From the NCBI GenBank assembly GCA_902800045.1, contig CADCCZ010000008.1, forward strand, positions 24,325 through 88,324: a stretch of 64,000 nt of DNA, given 5' to 3'. How positions within the stretch are numbered: position 1 is the stretch's first letter; every line of letters starts with the position of its first letter. This DNA is from an uncultured Bacteroidia bacterium. Lineage in GTDB: Bacteria; Bacteroidota; Bacteroidia; Bacteroidales; ML635J-15. Position numbers and translations under genes: made by a program. A model generated the notes under the pieces. That model ran no database searches, was not told the origin of the DNA, and saw only the letters and a list, made by a program, of their open reading frames with translations. Positions 47,570-55,500 of the stretch are shown piece after piece.

Positions 47570-47594
47570 AGTTATCCTAATATAAATTGAAGCG

Positions 47595-47602
47595 CAAAAT
47601 TA
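47595..47602 (-). promoter_or_regulatory. Candidate -7 box TAATTTTG (minus strand)
   Basis: 25 nt upstream of the ruvA ATG 47569 (ruvA-sprA unit). Confidence 0.5.
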
Positions 47603-47611
47603 ATATTTTAA

Positions 47612-47709
47612 TTGATAATGGACAATGGATAATTAATAATTGACAATGAACAATTAGCTTCGCTGAGCTAAAGGTTGATAATGGACAATGGATGTTTAAT
47701 TTTAATGGG
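47612..47709. repeat. Word repeat block (TTGATAATGGACAATGGAT x2) shared with 61517-61578
   Basis: ttgataatggacaatggat occurs at 47612-47630 and 47675-47693. The ~65-nt stretch aattgacaat..aattagcttcgctgagctaaaggttgataatggacaatggat..taatggg recurs upstream of the giant gene. Confidence 0.8.
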
Positions 47710-47782
47710 CTAAAAGGCTAAAAGGCTGACAGGCGAACAGGCTAACGGGCTAGCAGGCTGACAGGCTTGAAGGCTAAAAGCC
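47708..47782. repeat. Strictly phased 8-nt array, 9 units (GGCTNNNN)
   Basis: Units read ggctaaaa ggctaaaa ggctgaca ggcgaaca ggctaacg ggctagca ggctgaca ggcttgaa ggctaaaa. Confidence 0.9.
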
Positions 47783-47841
47783 GTTTGTACAAGCGCAATT
47801 CATTGCGTCTCAGAAACGGCGAAGCCGCTCAAACGCTATGC

Positions 47842-47960
47842 TTGGAATATCTGTCTCGATACTGCATAACTGTTGACTAGCTGCGTACCTGACGGCAGCC
47901 TCATTCGGTCGGATTTTATCCTACCGAAGCATTGTCCCTAACGGGACAGGAGACAGATAA
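47842..47960. mobile_element. Candidate MITE-like or structured-RNA insertion (119 nt) inside the 17-nt array
   Basis: It is flanked by direct TATGC repeats (47837-47841 and 47961-47965). It has 10-bp inverted repeats tatctgtctc (47848-47857) and gagacagata (47950-47959). Three internal hairpins are present. Removing it restores a regular array unit. Confidence 0.4.
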
Positions 47961-47965
47961 TATGC

Positions 47966-48263
47966 CACAGAAACGGCATCAGCCATTCAAACAGCGAAGC
48001 GAGAAACGCCGAAGGCATTGAAACGGCGTCAGCCATTGAAACCTTGAAACGGCGTCAGCCACAGAAACGGCGAAGCTATTCAAACAGCGAAGCGATAAAC
48101 GCCGCAGGCATAAAAACGGCGTAGCCACAGAAACGTGCGAAGCACATAGAAACTTGAAACGCCGCAGGCATTGAAACGGCGTCAGCCACAGAAACGCCGA
48201 AGGCATTCAAACGGCGAAGCCACTGTAACGGCGCCAGCCACTGAAACGCCGAAGGCACAAAAA
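47966..48263. repeat. ~17-nt degenerate tandem array of GNA-loop mini-hairpins (~18 units), second locus
   Basis: Same grammar as 26802-27024, with units such as ggc-gaa-gcc, gcc-gaa-ggc, gcc-gca-ggc, ggc-gta-gcc, gtgc-gaa-gcac and ggc-gtca-gcc. The array head and hairpin lie at 47793-47841. Confidence 0.85.
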
Positions 48264-48276
48264 CTGGCTTTTGCCC

Positions 48277-48837
48277 TCAGAACTGATAACTAACCTTTAC
48301 CACTGGATTTGAATAAATGGAGTACATCGATTCGTCGAAATTGTACATCACCGACAACACCATGTACGACCTCTGCCCTATCGGCACCTGAAATCCCAGA
48401 CCGAGCATTGGTGAGGCTATCCACATTGGTTCTTCGCCCGAGAGTGCGGTGTAGAACTTGCCCATGTTGGTGTACGAAAACTGTCCGTAAACGAGTATTC
48501 CCATGTCGGTACCGAGAAAGGGAATAAGTTCGCCAAGGCTCTTTATCACCGTAAAACTGGCAAATACCGAACCTCCGAAAATGCTACCCTTGAAATTGTA
48601 TTCCTCCGAATATACAAACATATAGTCGATGCCCACGCCTGCCGAGAGCCTGTTTGTAATACGGTAGCCGACTTCAGGACTAAGCGAAATCTGCGTCACC
48701 GTGCCAAAGCCCATATCGAGGTTGCCTCCAAAAAATATACGCTGCACGGGCGATGGCGGCGGATCCTTCTCAAGATACTGCGCATCGAGTCCCAAGACAG
48801 ACGCAAGAAACAATATTGACAGCAGTATCTTCTTCAT
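48277..48837 (-). CDS. Small outer-membrane beta-barrel protein
   Basis: 186 aa with a signal peptide, alternating beta-strand pattern and a terminal ..KVSYQF. The start lies 2 nt after the upstream gene's stop. Confidence 0.65.
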   Translation of the reverse strand: MKKILLSILFLASVLGLDAQYLEKDPPPSPVQRIFFGGNLDMGFGTVTQISLSPEVGYRITNRLSAGVGIDYMFVYSEEYNFKGSIFGGSVFASFTVIKSLGELIPFLGTDMGILVYGQFSYTNMGKFYTALSGEEPMWIASPMLGLGFQVPIGQRSYMVLSVMYNFDESMYSIYSNPVVKVSYQF

Positions 48838-48839
48838 TA

Positions 48840-51815
48840 CTAATTCTTTAATATCGAATTATAAAACGCTTCCTCAATGTTTGTACGTATGTTCTGCTTG
48901 ATAAGCTTGGTGTTCTCCGAATCGGTATAGACGCGGTTTGTAAGCACCACTACAGCCATGTTGTATTCGGGGTCGGCCCACACCATAGTTCCTGTGTAAC
49001 CGGTATGTCCGAAAGCCTTGTCCGACGAACTTTTGCTTCCCAGGCCCTTCGAGCGGTCGGCAACTGGCTTGTCCCAGCACAAGGCACGACGACAGAAGGT
49101 AGGTTCGTAGTAATATTCGGTAAACCTTTGCACGGCAGTGTCGGAAAAATACTGCACTCCGCCATACTTGCCCTTTTCGAGATAAATCTCCATTATCTTG
49201 GCAAGGTCGTTGGCATTGCCAAACAGACCGGCATGTCCCGACACGCCGCCAAGCATAGCCGCCGCCTGGTCGTGAACATATCCGTGCAACTGCTGCATGC
49301 GGAAATAATTGTCGTCTTCGGTAGGAACTATCTGTTCCAGCTTATACCTGTCCAACGGATTGAAACACAGCGAATACGCTCCCAAAGGATTAAAGACATT
49401 CCTATAGGTGTAGTCAACATATTCTTCGCCGGCGAGTTCCTTTATGACGTATGGCATCACAATGAAACCAAGGTCGGAATACACGTATTTGCCCTTGTTT
49501 TCCAATCCCGACTCACGTATCAGACGGAACATTTCGTCCTTGTACGACTTTGCCATATATAGGCTGTCGGCAACCTTAATGGAAAACTTGTCCGACTTGG
49601 TTTTGCTGTAAATCTTCGGGTAGATTTCCTCGTCCATGGTCTTCTTGTAGAAGGGAATCCACGACCTCAGCCCTGCCCTGTGCGTAAGCACCTGCCAGAA
49701 AGTAAGGTGCGACTTGTTCGAATTCTTCCACTCGTGGTAGTAGTCGGAAATTTTATCCGTTATCTTGAACTTGCCGTCGTCGTAAAGCATTATTATGTCG
49801 GAAGTTGTAGCAATCACCTTGGTGAGCGAGGCAAGGTCGTAAACATCGAAATCGTCAACCTTGTTTTCCTTTTCCTCTTCGTAGGTGTGGTAACCCATCG
49901 ACTTGCTGTAAAATACGATTCCGTTGCGTACAAGCACCACCTGACCGCCAGGATATGCCTTTGTATGGATACCGCTCTTGAAAATTGAATCGACCTTGTG
50001 GATGACTTCGGAACTTACGCCAGCATCTTCGGGAATCTTCGAGTATTTGAGACGAATCTTATAGGTTTTTTCTCCCATTCCTTCCCTGATGCTGCCGGTT
50101 GCCGACACTGGCAGAACGCCACAGGCAGGAATACCGCCAAACACCAGCTGAGCCGAAAAGTCGTTGGTAAGTTCCCAGTCGTTGTACGAGACGACCACAG
50201 CCTTTGCCTTGTCGATATTCTTGAAATACGCCAGTCCGTAGGGATTTGCAAACAGGTCGAACACAACGTTTTTGCACGAAGCCAGAATTTCGTCGACTGC
50301 ATCCATTGTCGGCTGCGAAATACCAAATTTCTTTGAGGCTGCACGTTGGTTTTTCCCGTGAACGCTCACAATGACAATGTCGTAGGCTGCAAGTTTTTTC
50401 TTGCGTTGTTCTGCCGACAAACCCTTGAAATCCTTGGAGTACACAAAATTCTTTACGTTGGCATAATAGCGCAGACGCTTCTGGAACGAAGTTTCCTCGG
50501 TGCTTTCGAACGATACCGAAGCAATCTTCAGCGAATCGAGATGCATAATCGGTACTATCGAATCTTGATTCTTAACAAGCGTCAAGGCGTTTTCGATAAG
50601 CCGCTGCTGCATCAGACGGGCTGTCACGTCGTTGAGGTCGGCATGTATATTTTTTGTTGAAATAGGTTCAACACCCTTGTCAAGACCGAGACGCAACTTA
50701 GTAAGCAACACGCGGTTACAAGCCTCGTCAATATCGCGTTCCGAAATCTTGCCCTCAGCGATAGCCGATTTCAACTTTTCGATTACGTCCTTCACGTCGG
50801 TCGGGAACATAATCATGTCGTTGCCGGCAAGCAGAGCCATCACATCGGCTTCGTTGCCCTTGTAGTTAGTAGTTATGCCGCCCATGTTCATGGCATCGGT
50901 GAAGACCATACCGTTGAAGTTCACGTCGTTGCGCAAGACTTCCTTCACAGCCTTCGACGAAAGCGATGCCGGCATGTTTTCGGTCGAGTCTATCGAAGGA
51001 ATGAAAAGATGCGAAACCATCATGCCACCGACACCCTTCTCCGACAGATAGCGGAATGGATACAACTCGATGGAATCCAGACGGTTGCGGTCGTGAGTTA
51101 TTATAGGCAAAGCCTTGTGCGAATCGACGTCGGTATCGCCGTGACCTGGGAAATGCTTGCCCACTGCCAGCACTCCGTTGTCCTGCATTCCCTTGGCGTA
51201 CATCCAGCCCTTTTCAGCCACATTGAACTTGTTTTCGCCAAACGAACGGTCGTTGATGACTGGATTCGACGGATTGTTGTTGACATCGATTACGGGCGCA
51301 AAGTTGACGTTGGCACCCACGCGCTTAAGCTGACGGGCATATTCGGCTCCCATCTCATATACAAGTTCGTTGTTTGTGATAGCGCCCACAAGCATCTGGC
51401 GCGGATACATCACCACGCTGTCGAGACGCATGCTGAGCGACCATTCGGCATCCATACCCACCAGCAGCGGCACCTTGCTCACCTTCTGCAGACGGTTTAC
51501 AAGGTTTATCTGGCGACCTGGACCACCCTGCATGAATATTACGCCGCCAAGCTGGTAATCCTCGACAAGCTTTACAACTTCGGAATTGTACGAAGCCGAC
51601 CTGTTGGAATACACCGGAATCATTATCAGCTGAGCAATTTTTTCGTCGAGGGTCATTTTTTGCAAAGTAGAGTCCACCCACGAAATGTCCATGTTCCAGA
51701 ACCAAGGTTCTTCGGTTGGAACGAAACCTGTTTTTTCGACCTCGCTCATGGCTACTTTCATACCTATGCACGAAAATGCGGCAATAAATATCAATATGGC
51801 TACTATCTTTCTCAT
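48840..51815 (-). CDS. Glycoside hydrolase family 3 (NagZ-like) N-domain fused to a beta-lactamase-fold serine hydrolase domain
   Basis: 991 aa. The GH3 motif KHFPGHGDTDVDSH is present. The C-half carries an SxxK motif (DLASLTKVIATT) and HTGYTG. Confidence 0.85.
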   Translation of the reverse strand: MRKIVAILIFIAAFSCIGMKVAMSEVEKTGFVPTEEPWFWNMDISWVDSTLQKMTLDEKIAQLIMIPVYSNRSASYNSEVVKLVEDYQLGGVIFMQGGPGRQINLVNRLQKVSKVPLLVGMDAEWSLSMRLDSVVMYPRQMLVGAITNNELVYEMGAEYARQLKRVGANVNFAPVIDVNNNPSNPVINDRSFGENKFNVAEKGWMYAKGMQDNGVLAVGKHFPGHGDTDVDSHKALPIITHDRNRLDSIELYPFRYLSEKGVGGMMVSHLFIPSIDSTENMPASLSSKAVKEVLRNDVNFNGMVFTDAMNMGGITTNYKGNEADVMALLAGNDMIMFPTDVKDVIEKLKSAIAEGKISERDIDEACNRVLLTKLRLGLDKGVEPISTKNIHADLNDVTARLMQQRLIENALTLVKNQDSIVPIMHLDSLKIASVSFESTEETSFQKRLRYYANVKNFVYSKDFKGLSAEQRKKKLAAYDIVIVSVHGKNQRAASKKFGISQPTMDAVDEILASCKNVVFDLFANPYGLAYFKNIDKAKAVVVSYNDWELTNDFSAQLVFGGIPACGVLPVSATGSIREGMGEKTYKIRLKYSKIPEDAGVSSEVIHKVDSIFKSGIHTKAYPGGQVVLVRNGIVFYSKSMGYHTYEEEKENKVDDFDVYDLASLTKVIATTSDIIMLYDDGKFKITDKISDYYHEWKNSNKSHLTFWQVLTHRAGLRSWIPFYKKTMDEEIYPKIYSKTKSDKFSIKVADSLYMAKSYKDEMFRLIRESGLENKGKYVYSDLGFIVMPYVIKELAGEEYVDYTYRNVFNPLGAYSLCFNPLDRYKLEQIVPTEDDNYFRMQQLHGYVHDQAAAMLGGVSGHAGLFGNANDLAKIMEIYLEKGKYGGVQYFSDTAVQRFTEYYYEPTFCRRALCWDKPVADRSKGLGSKSSSDKAFGHTGYTGTMVWADPEYNMAVVVLTNRVYTDSENTKLIKQNIRTNIEEAFYNSILKN

Positions 51816-51843
51816 TTTCTTACTCTTTGCCTAATTTAACCGC

Positions 51844-51851
51844 CAAAAATA
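51844..51851 (-). promoter_or_regulatory. Candidate -7 box TATTTTTG (minus strand)
   Basis: 28 nt upstream of the GH3 gene ATG 51815. Confidence 0.5.
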
Positions 51852-51923
51852 TGTAATTTATTCTGTCATTTTTTAAGCAATGCAAAAAAAGTACCAACAA
51901 AAAGGTGTGAAGAGAGGAGAAAA

Positions 51924-51987
51924 GGCGGACAGGCTTGAAGGCTAACGGGCTAAAAGGCTAGAAGGCTAAAAGACGAAAAGGCAACTT
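51924..51987. repeat. Phased 8-nt array, 8 units
   Basis: Units read ggcggaca ggcttgaa ggctaacg ggctaaaa ggctagaa ggctaaaa gacgaaaa ggcaactt. Confidence 0.85.
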
Positions 51988-52003
51988 CAAACTCAAAGGG
52001 CTT

Positions 52004-52452
52004 AAAACGACAACTAGAACAACACGAGACAACAAGGTTCCTCGCAGGGCTCGGAACAAATATATTTTACCACGAACCTTTAGCTCGGCGTAGCCAATTG
52101 CACGAATTTACACGAATATGTTCCTCGCGAGGCTCGGAACGAAAAGAAGAAAACGACAACAAAAACAACAAGGGACAACATAGGACAACAAGAGGGTTCC
52201 TCGCAGGGCTCGGAACGAATAGGAGAAAACGACAACAGAAACAACAAGGGACAACAAAGGACAACAAGAGGATTTCTCACAAGGCTCGGGAAAAAAGGTT
52301 GTCAAAGGTTGTCATAAGTTGTCTTGGTTGTCGTAAAAAGAAGAAAACGACAACCGGAACAACAATAAACAACAAAGGACAACAAATGGGGTTCCTCGCG
52401 GGGCTCGGAAAAAATGTTGTCTGAGGTTGTCAAAGGTTGTCTTGGTTGTCGT
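52004..52452 (-). repeat. Composite intergenic element, copy C (upstream of the GH3 operon, downstream of the giant gene)
   Basis: Built from AAAACGACAAC..GACAAC word arms, 21-mers (52037, 52120, 52196, 52271, 52391), the module ttaccacgaacctttagctcggcgtagccaattgcacgaatttacacgaat, and GTTGTC word arms. Confidence 0.85.
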
Positions 52453-52483
52453 AAAAAAAAAGAAAAAATCCCCGTGGCGGGGA
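52452..52483 (-). terminator. Terminator after the giant cargo gene
   Basis: Stem tccccg/cgggga with loop tgg. On the minus strand it is followed by attttttcttttttttt. Confidence 0.7.
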
Positions 52484-52556
52484 ACCACGAGGATTTTCAA
52501 CAGTTTTATTATGTGTGTTTATTTAGCGTTTGTTTTTCTAGAGACTGAGATGCTAA

Positions 52557-55500
52557 TTATTGTTTCACAACCTTTTTATTTATTACGAAGTCGGCTGTGC
52601 TAACCCTTACCGTGTAGGTTGCCGGTGGCAGATTGCTGAGATTCAAGACAGTCTCATAGTAATTCTGCGGTGAGGCTACCTTGTCGGTGTAGATGAGCTT
52701 GCCGAGCATGTCGTAAACATCGATGCGAGCGGGACGGTTATCGAAATTGTCGAGTTCCAAGGTCAACTCGCCGTAGAACGGGTTCGGGTAGGCCTGGACA
52801 TCGGGCTCGCCAGCTGCCGTTTCGATGCAGTTTACAACCACAACTTCCGAAACTGCGCGTGTGCCGTCGTAGTCAACCTGAACGAGGCGATAGTAGTTGT
52901 CGCCACCGTGGATACCATAGTCGGTGTAAGCATAGTCAATCGGGTCAATCGAGTTTCCTGCGCCCGCCACGCGTGCAAGATCTGTGAAGTTGATTGCATC
53001 GTCGGAACGCTCGAGCACGAAGTAGTCGTTGTTGCGCTCGGTAGCGGTTGTCCACTCTACGAGAACCGAACGACCATCGCAGGTTGCGGTGAAGGATGTG
53101 AGCTCGATTGGCAGTACAACATCCTCGCTCTTCGAACCCAAGGTTAGTATTCCTGAGAAATCGACATCACCAGCACGCGATATAGCTAGAGGAAGGGTAA
53201 CTCCTGTAACCGTAATATTTCCCTCGCTCACGTTTGCCGAACCGCCGAGGTTCTTCCAGCAGTTGTAGTGAGCAGCAGCGCAGATGTTTTCATTCGGTCC
53301 ATCGGCTGGTGCAGTGCTGAAATGACTTGCAGCATCGGCAGCATCAACGGTCAAGGTTATGCCGCTCAACGCTTCAGTTGTAGTTACATTCCAATACTCG
53401 TAGTTGCTTACATGGTCGAAACGACTTGCGCCATCGCTGCTGCACATGTCGTTGATGTTCCACCAGCGAGGCAACTGTTCAAGAGTGAAGCCATGAGTTC
53501 CGTCGGCATTGGTAGCAGTACTATGGTTAAACTTAACGGTTGCCACCTTGCCACTGCCGACAGTTGCCGTAATTGTTCCGAGCACATTGTCGTTGCCGGT
53601 CGGGAATACAAACGAACTGCCGTTACCGGTCTTTGTTACCGTACCGTTTACGTGGCTGGCAATTTTTGCACCAGTAGTACTAGCCGATGCGCCGAAAGCC
53701 ATATCGCCGTTGACAATACCGCTGATGAAATTTGCTTGGTTCGAAACTATTGGCTCAACGCCATCGAAGGTTATACCGCTTGAGTTTCTGAATTCCACAT
53801 TGAACAACGGCAGGCTGCTACCGCTTACCGTTTGCGGTAAAGATCCATTGAATATTATAGAACTATTGTCTCCAACGGTTAATATACCATTATTTTCTAT
53901 ATTTCCAGATATGCTTAAAGTACGATCAGCTTCAATCGAGAGAGCGGCATCCTCGGTTATTGTTATGTTGCGGACATTAACATCGGCATCTAAAATAGGC
54001 CACTGGTCTTCGGGCATACACTGTCCTCCAGTACCTATATAATAACTCTTTGTACCTGTTGGCATAACACCAGAAGCAACAGAATATCTTTCATTTTCAC
54101 TATCATAAAGATACCAGTTGGATGAAGTATTCCAGTCGGTACTTGTTGTGCCACGCCAAATATAATCGTACGACGACAATGTCTGATCGATGTCTGGTAC
54201 ATTTATATATACCTTTAAATCATCGATATTTGTACATTTTTGATTACTTCCAGCAGAAGTCCCAGATGTGTACCTTATAGCTATTCTGCCTGGCTCATTG
54301 ACACTAGCAAAACAATATGGTCCCATAAACTTACATGCAGAATTATTACCAGAAGACCCACGTGGCGTTAGTGATTTCTGGTTATCATACAACACATGGA
54401 ATGTACTAGGATCATTTACATCAGTAATATATCCTATTTCCATCACACCTTCAGGATAAGTATCATTACCATTAGAATTAGCATAAAACTCAAACGCCAA
54501 AGTATTCAGGTCATTTTCGAACTCTGGCAATACAAGCATAATTTTATCCGATGTATTAGATTTTAATTCAACAGATTTGCTTCCATTATGCGCTGCCGGT
54601 TCATAACTTCCAAAAACATACGGTGATTTTATTCCACTTGGATAAGAATTTTGATGAGAAAGTGGTGTTGCCCAACATCTGCTCAATGGACTAGCTTGAT
54701 CTTGTACTATATCATACCCTTCAAAATCTTCCGTCCACGGATTATCAACGGTAATGTTTATTATATCGCAAAGAGGAGTAGTAAACGTCATAAGTTCGCT
54801 CCAATCTGTAGTAGCACCAAGACCATCGCAGTTGACACCTTGTACCTGCCATTCGTAGTTGGTATCGGGATTCAAACCTGTGATAGTAGAAGGAGAGGTA
54901 ACTCCATTAAGGGTTATCCAACTTCCATATTCGCCTGGTTTTACAATGGAGATGTCATCGACATAAATGTACCATGCATATGCGACTACCGAGGTATGAA
55001 CAATAGCAATATATCCTTGTCCAGAATAAGCACTAAGTGAATAAGTGTATTGTTGATAAGTGGTTGATGGATTAATCACATCGGAAATTGCTGTAAAATC
55101 ACTAGTGTTAGTGCCCGAAGTAGATACAAAAACCTGGAATCGCTCGTCACTGCCATACTGTTTAGCATAAAAACTAATTTCTCCTCCAAGAGTGATTTGA
55201 GGTGAAATCAACCAGTTATTTGCATTGTAACCGGAACCACTAGGTGTATAGGACGATTGGATACAATAATTACCCGTATTTCCTCCACTACTTATCGACC
55301 ATGAATTGCCATCGCCGTCTGCATCTATGGTAGTACATCCTTGCATTGTTCTATTTTCGAAATCGTATTTCAAATTAACAGCCTCAGTTATAACTTCCCT
55401 ATACCTCACATTATAGCTTTGTTGGGAGCCAGTCCAGCTAAGGTCGGCTGAAGTTGCTGCTACATTGCTTGTAACAAGATTGTACGGAGTATGGCATGGA

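Noticed and set aside
47842-47960. Assigning the structured insert to a known RNA class (TPP or other riboswitch, hammerhead, SRP RNA, tRNA-like).
   Set aside because: I looked on both strands for the core motifs I can recall (CUGAGA/ACCUGA context, CUGANGA...GAAA, GGAA-tetraloop SRP domain IV, T-loop GTTCGAATC) and found no convincing match. It is kept only as an unclassified candidate.
52057-52064. TAnnTTTG box inside composite copy C as the promoter of the GH3 operon.
   Set aside because: It lies 240 nt from the ATG, while a better-placed box exists at 51844-51851. The portable-promoter idea is therefore only supported at the two plus-strand loci.
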